A DNA stretch of 64,000 nt from Nemertoderma westbladi (Eukaryota; Animalia; Xenacoelomorpha): NCBI GenBank assembly GCA_032718475.1, contig JAUCBJ010007749.1, positions 1 to 64,000 of the forward strand, written 5' to 3'. A model generated the notes under the pieces. That model worked only from the letters and a program-made list of their open reading frames with translations, searched no databases and was not told where the DNA came from. A program made the translations under genes and the position numbers. Positions 46,981 through 60,559 of this stretch are shown here, in pieces (the stretch's first letter is position 1; each line of letters begins with the position of its first letter).

Positions 46981-47722
46981 TGGTAATTATTATAATATTA
47001 ATAAAATGTGAGAGAAGCAGTCTGAAATATAGTAGTTTGCAAGCGATAACGCAATATCGTTGAATATACGAGAGGCATGCAATATACGATCACAAACTAC
47101 AGGAGCTGTACTAATGATATATCAGAAATCAATAGTCGAGATTTATATTGGTTTGGGTATGAGCGCCAGATGCCTAATATGTATTTTACTGTCTCATTAC
47201 CAGTATACGTAGATACGAAAACTGCAATCGTATTAAGTATATATTATTGGTGTAAACGCTACAGTCGGCAGCCGACAAACGTCTGCCGACAACTGTAATT
47301 ATAAACAAAAACGAAATGAACTGTAATCTGTGCCCTTGTCTCTCCTTTATTGTTTTGGTTAGAATTACCAGCCTTTGTAACGTATTCCTTTGCCTGCCAA
47401 TTCACAGGAAGTAGAAGAAGTCGTGTTACTGCAACAAAACGAAATTATTGTTCAGTATAGCAATATTAGAAACCCTAACACATTATTATGAATTATACTG
47501 GTGTTGGGTAAAACAGCTGTTGCTGCAATTACAATTAGTTAATTTCTGTAGATTTTGCGGTGCATGTGTAATTATTCAATATAATGTGATTTTTTCAAAA
47601 CTTTACATACCAGGCGGGGTAAATGCGTATAGTTGTAAAATATTAACTTATTTATTAATAATAATAATTATTATTTATTAATTATTATTATTATATTATT
47701 ATTTATTAATTATTATTATTAT

Positions 47723-49003
47723 GGGACAAGGGACGAGGATCTGGCGCCAATCCGCCAGGAGCTGTTGCGGCGCTTCATCCCGGCCCTCTTTGGGACTTCC
47801 CCCAGATCTGTGGATGAGGAGCTCATCCTCCTTCCTGTCCGCCATGGTGGGATCGGGATCCGGGACCCCCTGATGCGGAGGGGTCACGCGAGGGAGGCGT
47901 CGCTATCTGGGACTGCTGGGGTGGTCGAGGCACTGATGACTGGTTGTCCCCTTAACGTCGCTGACCACTCTGCCTGCCTCGCCTCCGCGTTGGCTGCGAG
48001 TCGCGTCGCCCAGGACGCCGCCTATAAGGCAGCGATGGAGTCCGCCATCCAATCCGTCCCGGCCGAAAGGCGCCGTACTGTGGACCGTACGGTGTCCCAC
48101 AAGACGGGTGGGTGGCTGTCGGCGCAGCCCTCCGTGGTCGATAACACCGACCTGGCCCCGGAGGTGTTCCGCGACAACCTCGCGCTGAGGTACGGCCTCA
48201 CGCCGCCCGGCCTCCCGGCGAAGTGTGAGGGGTGTGGGGAGCCGTTTACGACAACCCACACCCTGAACTGCAAGTCGGGTGGCCTGATTATAAAGCGGCA
48301 CGATGAGGTCCGGGAGGTATTCGGGGACCTTATCGCCTCTGCCTTTGGTGGGTCGTGTGTGCAGCGTGAAGTCACGCTGTGCACCGGCTACCTGGACAGA
48401 AGGGGCCGCGAGGTGGGAGGAGTTAGGGCTGATCTCCTGGCGAGGGGAGTCTGGACCGAGCAGAGGGTGGCGTCTTTCGATATTGCGATCGTAAACGCCG
48501 ACGCCCCCTCATACGCTCACCGGTCCTTGGACTCTGTCCTCGAGCAGAGAGTCCGAGCCAAGAAGGTGCACTATAGCGCGGTGTGCGAGGATAGAAGGTT
48601 CTCCTTCACCCCCCTTGTCGGAACCACCGATGGGGTGTGGTGCAAGGAGACTGATACCTTCATCAGCCACCCCGCTGAGACCCTTGTGGCTCGGCGGCAG
48701 GGGATGCGGGATCGTGGCCTTGCTTGCGTTCTAGGGGGAGTTCGGAGGCGGCTTCAGTTCGCGCTCCTCCGCTCCAACTCCCTCTGTTTGCGTGGTGGCC
48801 GGCGTCCCTGGAGGGCGCTGGGCTTTGGGGATGGTGCGGGTCTGCGGGGGAATGACCTCGCAGACCATTATTAATTCACGGTGCACCATTTTTAATTGTA
48901 TGTTAAACCTTATTGTCTTAATTGTATTGTTCTGATTGGTGGTGGGATGCTGGTGCAGTTTTATATTTAGTTTTATAGCAATTTTATTTTTAATGATATT
49001 AAC
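47723..49003 (+). mobile_element. 5'-truncated RLE-type (CRE-like) non-LTR retrotransposon inserted in an (ATT)n tract
   Basis: GC-rich ORF (open 47723-48874) with WLSAQP, FRDNLALRYG, a CxxC...H..C zinc knuckle, RHDEV, RADL..FDI, AKK..Y and FTPLV.TTDG, typical of a restriction-like endonuclease C-terminus. Identical 27-bp flanks at 47681-47707 and 49004-49030. Confidence 0.85.
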
Positions 49004-49949
49004 ATTATTATTATTATATTATTATTTATTTATTTTATATTTATTATTAATAAATATTAATATTAATAAATCAAAGTTCGTTTTCTAGTAAAATAAGTAA
49101 TACCCAGGCACAATAATATAGTATACTGTAGTACAAGTAGTAAACTACTGTATGCATATGCGCTAGTAAAGACAACCAGAGGGTTTCACTTAGGGTTGGG
49201 CGTAGACATGGGCCAATATACAATTAAACTGCCATTATTATTCATACTATAATATCATATTATTATTACCATTCATTATTCTAGCTAATAATTTTTCTAC
49301 ATTGTGTCAACTTATCAACGTTCTAATGATATCCTCGTAATGGAGCCACTAGTCATCATTCTATTCAATAAAATCCAATTCAATCTATTTATTTCAGCAT
49401 TATATTCCCTCCCATTGCACGTAGAGGTGAATGGTCATTAAATTGGTAACAAAATTATATTTATGTTTATTTTAATTATGTATTCTCCATTGATGATAGA
49501 TATTTTAGGCTAAGTGTAAGATTGTACAGTTCTTACTTTTAACTGCATTACTATTAACTGCAATTTTTTAGTATAAAAGGGATAAGAATTGGATTGATAA
49601 ACATTACAATATTAAAAGCAAATAATTAAAGCATTCAACACTGTCAGTAAGTTGGCATAATATAACGAAATGATGGACACCATCATATATCGTTTATAAC
49701 TCTTGAATGTTTATGTAAACCGCCCACGTTGCGTTCGCTCGGTACATACTGTAAATACATTCGGGTCAAAACACTGAAATGTAGTACTTTTCACACAATC
49801 ACAATGATGTATATAGTTAGGCTATATTTACTGTAAAATGGTTGTACTATTCAATTCAGTACAATGCTGAACAATTAAGTTAAATTTAAAGTATATGATT
49901 AAAATGTACTATAAAATGAACAATGTCCACAGATATGACCACAAAGTCC

Positions 49950-52245
49950 TTAACAACACCAACTCATTCCCTTTTTCTTCTCTAACGTTTAGGTAATGTA
50001 ACAACATCAACTCATTCCCTTTCTCTTCTCTAACGTTTAGGTAATGTAACAACATCAACTCATTCCCTTTCTCTTCTCTAACGTTTAGGTAATGTAACAA
50101 CACCAACTCATTCCCTTTCTCTTCTCTAACGTTTAGGTAACAACACCAACTCATTCCCTTTCTCTTCTCTAACGTTTAGGTAACAACACCAACTCATTCC
50201 CTTTCTCTTCTCTAACGTTTAGGTAACAACACCAACTCATTCCCATTTTCTTCTCTAACGTTTAGGTAATGTAACAACATCAACTCATTCCCTTTCCCTT
50301 CTCTAACGTTTAGGTAATGTAACACCAACTCATTCCCTTTCTCTTCTCTAACGTTTAGGTAATGTAACAACATCAACTCATTCCCTTTCTCTTCTCTAAC
50401 GTTTAGGTAACAACACCAATTCATTCCCTTTCTCTTCTCTAACGTTTAGGTAATGTAACAACATCAACTCATTCCCTTTCTCTTCTCTAACGTTTAGGTA
50501 ACAACCCCAACTCATTCCCTTTCTCTTCTCTAACGTTTAGGTAACAACACCAACTCATTCCCATTTTCTTCTCTAACGTTTAGGTAATGTAACAACATCA
50601 ACTCATTCCCTTTCTCTTCTCTAACGTTTAGGTAATGTAACAACATCAACTCATTCCCTTTCTCTTCTCTAACGTTTAGGTAACAACACCAACTCTTTCC
50701 CTTTCTCTTCTCTAACGTTTAGGTAATGTAACAACATCAACTCATTCCCTTTCTCTTCTCTAACGTTTAGGTAATGTAACAACATCAACTCATTCCCTTT
50801 CTCTTCTCTAACGTTTAGGTAATGTAACAATATCAACTCATTCCCTCTCTCTTCTCTAGCGTTTAGGTAATGTAACAACATCAACTCATTCCCTTTCTCT
50901 TCTCTAACGTTTAGGTAATGTAACAACATCAACTCATTCCCTTTCTCTTCTCTAACGTTTAGGTTATGTAACAACATCAACTCATTCCCTTTCTCTTCTC
51001 TAACGTTTAGGTAATGTAACAACACCAACTCATTCCCTTTCTCTTCTCTAACGTTTAGGTAATGTAACAACATCAACTCATTCCCTTTCTCTTCTCTAAC
51101 GTTTAGGTAACAACACAAACTCATTCCCTTTCTCTTCTCTAACGTTTAGGTAACAACACCAACTCATTCCCTTTTTCTTCTCTAACGTTTAGGTAATGTA
51201 ATAACATCAACTCATTCCCTTTCTCTTCTCTAACGTTTAGGTAATGTAACAACATCAACTCATTCCCTTTCTCTTCTCTAACGTTTAGGTAACAACACCA
51301 ACTCTTTCCCTTTCTCTTCTCTAACGTTTAGGTAATGTAACAACATCAACTCATTCCCTTTCTCTTCTCTAACGTTTAGGTAATGTAACAATATCAACTC
51401 ATTCCCTCTCTCTTCTCTAGCGTTTAGGTAATGTAACAACATCAACTCATTCCCTTTCTCTTCTCTAACGTTTAGGTAATGTAACAACATCAACTCATTC
51501 CCTTTCTCTTCTCTAACGTTTAGGTAATGTAACAACATCAACTCATTCCCTTTCTCTTCTCTAACGTTTAGGTAATGTAACAACATCAACTCATTCCCTT
51601 TCTCTTCTCTAACGTTTAGGTAATGTAACAACATCAACTCATTCCCTTTCTCTTCTCTAACGTTTAGGTAACAACACCAACTCTTTCCCTTTCTCTTCTC
51701 TAACGTTTAGGCAATGTAACAACATCAACTCATTCCCTTTCTCTTCTCTAACGTTTAGGTAATGTAACAACATCAACTCATTCCCTTTCTCTTCTCTAAC
51801 GTTTAGGTAATGTAACAACATCAACTCATTCCCTTTCTCTTCTCTAACGTTTAGGTAATGTAAGAACATCAACTCATTCCCTTTCTCTTCTCTAACGTTT
51901 AGGTAATGTAACAACACCAACTCATTCCCCTTCTCTTCTCTAGCGTTTAGGTAATGTAACAACATCAACTCATTCCCTTTCTCTTCTCTAACGTTTAGGT
52001 AATGTAACAACACCAACTCATTCCCCTTCTCTTCTCTAACGTTTAGGTAATGTAACAACATCAACTCATTCCCTTTCTCTTCTCTAACGTTTAGGTAATG
52101 TAAGAACATCAACTCATTCCCTTTCTCTTCTCTAACGTTTAGGTAATGTAACAACACCAACTCATTCCCCTTCTCTTCTCTAGCGTTTAGGTAATGAAAC
52201 AACATCAACTCATTCCCCTTCTCTTCTCTTGCGTTTAGGTAATGT
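49950..52245. repeat. 48-bp (and 43-bp variant) minisatellite derived from the stop-codon region of the adjacent basic-protein gene
   Basis: Unit TAACAACATCAACTCATTCCCTTTCTCTTCTCTAACGTTTAGGTAATG. The right-most unit is continuous with the coding sequence TLPKRKRREGE*. Confidence 0.97.
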
Positions 52246-52389
52246 TTTCTTGTTGTGTGAAACCATTTTCATGAACTCCCAGCCTGTCATCTCTGCTCGT
52301 TTTTGAGACTTGGCTGGATTGGTGCTAGTCTTTGCTTCATTATTTTCTCGAATTCTGGTACCGGTACTTATTCCTCGAATCTTTTTATC
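52210..52389 (-). CDS. Lys/Arg-rich small basic protein, exon 2 (59 aa plus TGA)
   Basis: Acceptor TTTTATTTAG|GAT at 52390/52389. Phase-0 open frame DKKIRGISTGTRIRENNEAKTSTNPAKSQKRAEMTGWEFMKMVSHNKKTLPKRKRREGE* is in register with exon 1. Confidence 0.6.
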   Translation of the reverse strand, partial: DKKIRGISTGTRIRENNEAKTSTNPAKSQKRAEMTGWEFMKMVSHNKKTLPKRKRREGE

Positions 52390-52611
52390 CTAAATAAAAT
52401 AATAAAAACAATAAAAAAAGAACCAAATAATTTTAGTTACAATATGATCTCACCTAGCAATTTATGTAGCTATATATATAATTCTAAATAATTGTGACTA
52501 ATGTAATCTTATACCAAAAAAAGTCTAGTAAACCAATCAGAATATAATTATAATGACATGGAGGTCCCAATGAGAAATAATAATAAATAATTCCCTAATG
52601 AATATTTAATC

Positions 52612-52897
52612 TGACCTTCTTCACTCCGCCACTCGGTCTTCCTCTAACGTTCGGACCTTCACTCCGCCACTCGGTCTACCTCTAACGTTCGACTGACCTT
52701 CACTCCGCCACTCGGTCTACCTCTAACGTTCGACTGACCTTCACTCCGCCACTCGGTCTACCTCTAACGTTCGACTGACCTTCACTCCACCACTCGGTCT
52801 ACCTCTAACGTTCGACTGACCTTCACTCCGCCACTCGGTCTACCTCTAACGTTCGACTGACCTTCACTCCGCCACTCGGTCTACCTCTAACGTTCGA
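52612..52897. repeat. 41-bp minisatellite (~7 copies) made of the exon-1 end plus its splice donor
   Basis: Unit GACCTTCACTCCGCCACTCGGTCTACCTCTAACGTTCGACT. On the minus strand most units contain GTGAAG|GTCAGT; the two distal units read GTCCGA and GTCAGA. Confidence 0.95.
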
Positions 52898-53140
52898 CCC
52901 TCTCCTTTTCGACTTCCACTTTCCTTTCGTCCCCTTTCCTCTATGACTCTTTGACTTACTTCCTTTACCTCGGCGACTCCTTGACCTGCTCTTCTTTCCC
53001 TTACTACTTCCCTTTCTCGTCGTTCGTCTCCTTTTCTCCATTTCTTTCTTGCTTGTTTCCCCCCGATCGTCAACTAAACCCGAACCCCGCACTTCAACCT
53101 GCTCCGCTCCATGATTGTCACTGTCTGCGCTCGCAGCCAT
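52862..53140 (-). CDS. Lys/Arg-rich small basic protein (protamine-like composition), exon 1 (93 aa)
   Basis: ATG at 53140. MAASADSD...KRRRTTRKGSSKGKKSRSRSRRGKGSKSKSHRGKG...GGVK is followed by donor AAG|GTCAGT at 52862/52861. Confidence 0.62.
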
Positions 53141-53408
53141 TAATATGGAAGAAAATAGTAGGCCTATCTAGATCAGATCCTTTTACGATGACACACTAAT
53201 TACTGTAAACTGTTAAATTTATATAAAATTACATTTACGTTTTGTGGAAACTAAAATGTAAAATTCTAGAATTCTGTCGTTAAAGTTTTAGCGCGCAGTG
53301 CAGAAGGGCGTGCTCCTCAGTTTGTACGTCATTGCTGCCACAATGACATATGCGTCGCTCACGTGGAGTACGTGACCACCTCCCGGTCTCTATTCGTAGT
53401 TTGTGGGC

Positions 53409-56400
53409 TGTACATAGCCGCTACTTACTGTAACCGTACATACAGTAGCAGCTACTTTACTGTACGTGTACATAGCCGCTACTTACTTTAACCGTACATA
53501 CAGTAGCAGCTACTTTACTGTACGTGTACATAGCCGCTACTTACTGTACCCGTACATACAGTAGTAGCTACTTTACTGTACGTGTACATAGCCGCTACTT
53601 ACTGTACCCGTACATACAGTAGTAGCTACTTTACTGTACGTGTACATAGCCGCTACTTTACTGTACGTGTACATAGCCGCTACTTTACTGTACGTGTACA
53701 TAGCCGCTACTTTACTGTACGTGTACATAGCCGCTACTTTACTGTACGTGTACATAGCAGCTACTTACTGTACCCGTACATACAGTAGTAGCTACTTTAC
53801 TGTACGTGTACATAGCCGCTACTTTACTGTACGTGTACATAGCCGCTACTTACTGTACCCGTACATACAGTAGTAGCTACTTTACTGTACGTGTACATAG
53901 CCGCTACTTTACTGTACGTGTACATAGCCGCTACTTTACTGTACGTGTACATAGCCGCTACTTACTGTACCCGTACATACAGTAGTAGCTACTTTACTGT
54001 ACGTGTACATAGCCGCTACTTACTGTACCCGTACATACAGTAGTAGCTACTTTACTGTACGTGTACATAGCCGCTACTTTACTGTACGTGTACATAGCCG
54101 CTACTTTAGTGTACGTGTACATAGCCGCTACTTACTGTACGTGTACATAGCCGCTACTTACTGTTCCCGTACATACAGTAGCTGCTACTTTACTGTACGT
54201 GTACATAGCCGCTACTTACTGTACCCGTACATACAGTAGTAGCTACTTTACTGTACGTGTACATAGCCGCTACTTTACTGTACGTGTACATAGCCGCTAC
54301 TTTAGTGTACGTGTACATAGCCGCTACTTACTGTACGTGTACATAGCCGCTACTTTACTGTACGTGTACATAGCCGCTACTTTACTGTACGTGTACATAG
54401 CCGCTACTTTACTGTACGTGTACATAGCCGCTACTTTACTGTACGTGTACATAGCCGCTACTTTACTGTACGTGTACATAGCCGCTACTTACTGTACGTG
54501 TGTACATAGCCGCTACTTTAGTGTACGTGTACATAGCCGCTACTTTACTGTACGTGTACATAGCCGCTACTTTACTGTACGTGTACATAGCCGCTACTTT
54601 ACTGTACGTGTACATAGCCGCTACTTACTGTACGTGTACATAGCCGCTACTTTACTGTACGTGTACATAGCCGCTACTTACTGTACGTGTACATAGCCGC
54701 TACTTTAGTGTACGTGTACATAGCCGCTACTTTACTGTACGTGTACATAGCCGCTACTTTACTGTACGTGTACATAGCTGCTACTTTACTGTACGTGTAC
54801 ATAGCCGCTACTTACTGTACCCGTACATACAGTAGCAGCTACTTTACTGTACGTGTACATAGCCGCTACTTTACTGTACGTGTACATAGCCGCTACTTAC
54901 TGTACGTGTACATAGCCGCTACTTTAGTGTACGTGTACATAGCCGCTACTTTACTGTACGTGTACATAGCCGCTACTTTACTGTACGTGTACATAACCGC
55001 TACTTTACTGTACGTGTACATAGCCGCTACTTACTGTACCCGTACATACAGTAGCAGCTACTTTACTGTACGTGTACATAGCCGCTACTTACTGTACCCG
55101 TACATACAGTAGTAGCTACTTTACTGTACGTGTACATAGCCGCTACTTTACTGTACGTGTACATAGCCGCTACTTTACTGTACGTGTACATAGCCGCTAC
55201 TTACTGTACCCGTACATACAGTAGTAGCTACTTTACTGTACGTGTACATAGCCGCTACTTTACTGTACGTGTACATAGCCGCTATTTTACTGTACGTGTG
55301 CATAGCCGCTACTTACTGTAACCGTACATACAGTAGCAGCTACTTTACTGTACGTGTACATAGCCGCTACTTACTGTACCCGTACATACAGTAGTAGCTA
55401 CTTTACTGTACGTGTACATAGCCGCTACTTTACTGTACGTGTACATAGCCGCTACTTTACTGTACGTGTACATAGCCGCTACTTTACTGTACGTGTACAT
55501 AGCCGCTACTTACTGTACCCGTACATACAGTAGTAGCTACTTTACTGTACGTGTACATAGCCGCTACTTTACTGTACGTGTACATAGCCGCTACTTTACT
55601 GTACGTGTACATAGCCGCTACTTACTGTACCCGTACATACAGTAGCAGCTACTTTACTGTACGTGTACATAGCCGCTACTTACTGTACCCGTACATACAG
55701 TAGTAGCTACTTTACTGTACGTGTACATAGCCGCTACTTTACTGTACGTGTACATACAGTAGTAGCTACTTTACTGTACGTGTACATAGCCGCTACTTTA
55801 CTGTACGTGTACATAGCCGCTACTTTACTGTACGTGTACATAGCCGCTACTTACTGTACGTGTACATAGCCGCTACTTTACTGTACGTGTACATAGCCGC
55901 TACTTACTGTACCCGTACATACAGTAGTAGCTACTTTACTGTACGTGTACATAGCCGCTACTTTACTGTACGTGTACATAGCCGCTACTTTACTGTACGT
56001 GTACATAGCCGCTACTTACTGTACCCGTACATACAGTAGTAGCTACTTTACTGTACGTGTACATAGCCGCTACTTTACTGTACGTGTACATAGCCGCTAC
56101 TTTAGTGTACGTGTACATAGCCGCTACTTACTGTACCCGTACATACAGTAGTAGCTACTTTACTGTACGTGTACATAGCCGCTACTTTACTGTACGTGTA
56201 CATAGCCGCTACTTTACTGTACGTGTACATAGCCGCTACTTTACTGTACGTGTACATAGCCGCTACTTTACTGTACGTGTACATAGCCGCTACTTTACTG
56301 TACGTGTACATAGCCGTTACTATAGTGTACGTGTACATAGCCGCTACTTACTGTACCCGTACATACAGTAGTAGCTACTTTACTGTACGTGTACATAGCC

Positions 56401-59086
56401 GCTACTTTACTGTACGTGTACATAGCCGCTACTTTACTGTACGTGTACATAGCCGCTACTTTACTGTACGTGTAAATAGCCGCTACTTTACTGTACGTGT
56501 ACATAGCCGCTACTTTACTGTACGTGTACATAGCCGGTACTTTACTGTACGTGTAAATAGCCGCTACTTTACTGTACGTGTACATAGCCGCTACTTACTG
56601 TACTCGTACATACAGTAGTAGCTACTTTACTGTACGTGTACATAGCCGCTACTTTAATGTACGTGTACATAGCCGCTACTTTACTGTACGTGTACATAGC
56701 CGCAATTTTACTGTACGTGTGCATAGCCGCTACTTACTGTAACCGTACATACAGTAGCAGCTACTTTACTGTACGTGTACATAGCCGCTACTTTACTGTA
56801 CGTGTACATAGCCGCTACTTTACTGTACGTGTACATAGCCGCTACTTACTGTACGTGTACATAGCCGCTACTTTACTGTACGTGTACATAGCCGCTACTT
56901 ACTGTACCCGTACATACAGTAGTAGCTACTTTACTGTACGTGTACATAGCCGCTACTTTACTGTACGTGTACATAGCCGCTACTTTACTGTACGTGTACA
57001 TAGCCGCTACTTACTGTACCCGTACATACAGTAGTAGCTACTTTACTGTACGTGTACATAGCCGCTACTTTACTGTACGTGTACATAGCCGCTACTTTAC
57101 TGTACGTGTACATAGCCGCTACTTACTGTACGTGTACATAGCCGCTACTTTACTGTACGTGTACATAGCCGCTACTTACTGTACCCGTACATACAGTAGT
57201 AGCTACTTTACTGTACGTGTACATAGCCGCTACTTTACTGTACGTGTACATAGCCGCTACTTTAGTGTACGTGTACATAGCCGCTACTTTACTGTACGTG
57301 TACATAGCCGCTATTTTACTGTACGTGTGCATAGCCGCTACTTACTGTAACCGTACATACAGTAGCAGCTACTTTACTGTACGTGTACATAGCCGCTACT
57401 TTACTGTACGTGTACATAGCCGCTACTTTACTGTACGTGTACATAGCCGCTACTTACTGTACGTGTACATAGCCGCTACTTTACTGTACGTGTACATAGC
57501 CGCTACTTACTGTACCCGTACATACAGTAGTAGCTACTTTACTGTACGTGTACATAGCCGCTACTTTACTGTACGTGTACATAGCCGCTACTTTACTGTA
57601 CGTGTACATAGCCGCTACTTTACTGTACGTGTACATAGCCGCTACTTTACTGTACGTGTACATAGCCGCTACTTACTGTACGTGTACATAGCCGCTACTT
57701 TACTGTACGTGTACATAGCCGCTACTTACTGTACCCGTACATACAGTAGTAGCTACTTTACTGTACGTGTACATAGCCGCTACTTTACTGTACGTGTACA
57801 TAGCCGCTACTTTACTGTACGTGTACATAGCCGCTACTTATTGTACCCGTACATACAGTAGCAGCTACTTTACTGTACGTGTACATAGCCGCTACTTACT
57901 GTACGTGTACATAGCCGCTACTTTACTGTACGTGTACATAGCCGCTACTTACTGTACGTGTACATAGCCGCTACTTTACTGTACGTGTACATAGCCGCTA
58001 CTTACTGTACCCGTACATACAGTAGTAGCTACTTTACTGTACGTGTACATAGCCGCTACTTTACTGTACGTGTACATAGCCGCTACTTTACTGTACGTGT
58101 ACATAGCCGCTACTTTACTGTACGTGTACATACAGTAGTAGCTACTTTACTGTACGTGTACATAGCCGCTACTTTACTGTACGTGTACATAGCCGCTACT
58201 TTACTGTACGTGTACATAGCCGCTACTTACTGTACGTGTACATAGCCGCTACTTTACTGTACGTGTACATAGGCGCTACTTACTGTACCCGTACATACAG
58301 TAGTAGCTACTTTACTGTACGTGTACATAGCCGCTACTTTACTGTACGTGTACATAGCCGCTACTTTACTGTACGTGTACATAGCCGCTACTTTACTGTA
58401 CGTGTACATAGCCGCTACTTACTGTACCCGTACATACAGTAGTAGCTACTTTACTGTACGTGTACATAGCCGCTACTTTACTGTACGTGTACATAGCCGC
58501 TACTTTAGTGTACGTGTACATAGCCGCTACTTTACTGTACGTGTACATAGCCGCTATTTTACTGTACGTGTGCATAGCCGCTACTTACTGTAACCGTACA
58601 TACAGTAGCAGCTACTTTACTGTACGTGTACATAGCCGCTACTTACTGTACCCGTACATACAGTAGTAGCTACTTTACTGTACGTGTACATAGCCGCTAC
58701 TTTACTGTACGTGTACATAGCCGCTACTTTACTGTACGTGTACATAGCCGCTACTTTACTGTACGTGTACATAGCCGCTACTTACTGTACCCGTACATAC
58801 AGTAGTAGCTACTTTACTGTACGTGTACATAGCCGCTACTTACTGTACCCGTACATACAGTAGTAGCTACTTTACTGTACGTGTACATAGCCGCTACTTT
58901 ACTGTACGTGTACATAGCCGCTACTTTACTGTACGTGTACATAGCCGCTACTTAATGTACCCGTACATACAGTAGCAGCTACTTTACTGTACGTGTACAT
59001 AGCCGCTACTTACTGTTCCCGTACATACAGTAGCAGCTACTTTACTGTACGTGTACATAGCCGCTACTTACTGTACCGTACATACA
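53409..59086. repeat. 5.7-kb satellite of 27/26-bp (TACTTTACTGTACGTGTACATAGCCGC) and 31-bp (TACTTACTGTACCCGTACATACAGTAGTAGC) units
   Basis: Directly visible as irregular interspersion of two related units, with a TGTAC-GT-GTACA hairpin core. Confidence 0.98.
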
Positions 59087-59493
59087 TGATAAAATTATAT
59101 CGAATTAAAATACCAAAAGTATGCCATAGATAATGTCAACATTAATAACGACGGTCGATCTGGTTCCATTATTTAATTACGAAGGTCGATAATGTCAACA
59201 TTAATAACGACGGTCGATCTGATAATGTCAACATTAATAACGACGGTCGATCTGGTTCCAGTATTTCATTACAACGCACTATAATTATCAGCATTTAATT
59301 AAGACGTTCGATAATTTGCAGTATTTAATTAGTGACGCTCGATGTTGGTACCTTTATCGGCCGTCATAAAATTATATCGAATTAAAATACCAAAAGTATG
59401 CCATACATAGCCGCTACTTACTGTACATGTACATAGCTAAGTTACCTACCAGTTATCTAATTATTCTATTGTGCTTATATCATAGTCAATAAA

Positions 59494-59494
<1 letters not shown>

Positions 59495-59524
<30 letters not shown>

Positions 59525-59664
59525 CATACATACATACATACATACATACATACATACATACATACATACATACATACATACATACATACATACATACATA
59601 CATACATACATACATACATACATACATACATACATACATACATACATACATACATACATACATA
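59495..59664. repeat. Perfect (CATA)n microsatellite, ~42 units
   Basis: Directly visible. Confidence 0.99.
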
Positions 59665-60559
59665 ATGTACGTCCCAATGTAAGTTTTGTGTTGTTGTTGG
59701 CCACAGTCAGAAACTACTGTACGAATATTTAACACCTCACCGATGAAAAATGAGATTGTCAATGACACAGGTTACAGCCTAATTTTTTGTAGTTATCAGC
59801 TATTAGATGCGTAGATTTCCCATGGAGAGGTATGAATTTTGGTTGACTTCAGAGTCCCCCTTACCTGGAATTCCGACACTAACGCAATGGGCGTTCGATG
59901 GATGTACGTACAATATACATGATGTATGGTCTATCGACCATATTGTCTGTATTTTAGTACTGAAACCGCTCTACTGTACACTGAAATACTGATGATAATA
60001 ACACGCGTGGCTATGGGCGGCAGCTACGCGTAGTTAAGCGCATCACAAAAGCGTATACGCGTAGCAGCTACATTAAACTAAATACTGAATGCTGTAGTAG
60101 CTAAATGTTAAAGCCCTAAAATCCGTAGGCCTAACTGCCTAAGCGTAGGTGGGAAAGATTTGCACACTAACTGTACACTGTAACTGACTGTGTAACTGAG
60201 TATGCTTATCCCATATCCAGTTATTTCAGTATGGGTATCTCACATGATCTCTGCATCTGTTTATTCTGTAATCACTATTGCACTAGTCAGCTAGTAATCA
60301 TAGGCCTACAGTCATAAGGCATTACACAGCTAAAATTATTGTATTGTATACTCTACCGGTTCCGGTATTGACAACAGGACAGTCAGATAGTGTACATTCA
60401 GACATTACTGCATTAGGCCTACCGGCTGACCGGCTCTATCACTTTTGCGTACCGATGTTAGTGTAGGGACACGGACATCATTGACCGGTTCGGGCCAATT
60501 TTTTACTTAACCACAAGCGAACTGATTTTATCCGACTGTTGTCGTGTGTCGTGGAACTG

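Noticed and set aside
49909-59768. Repetitive ORFs (LLHYLNVREEKGNELM, YIAATLLYV, MYTYSKVAA, MYVC)
   Set aside because: These are translations of satellites with frequent frame-breaking unit variants, or of the (CATA)n microsatellite.
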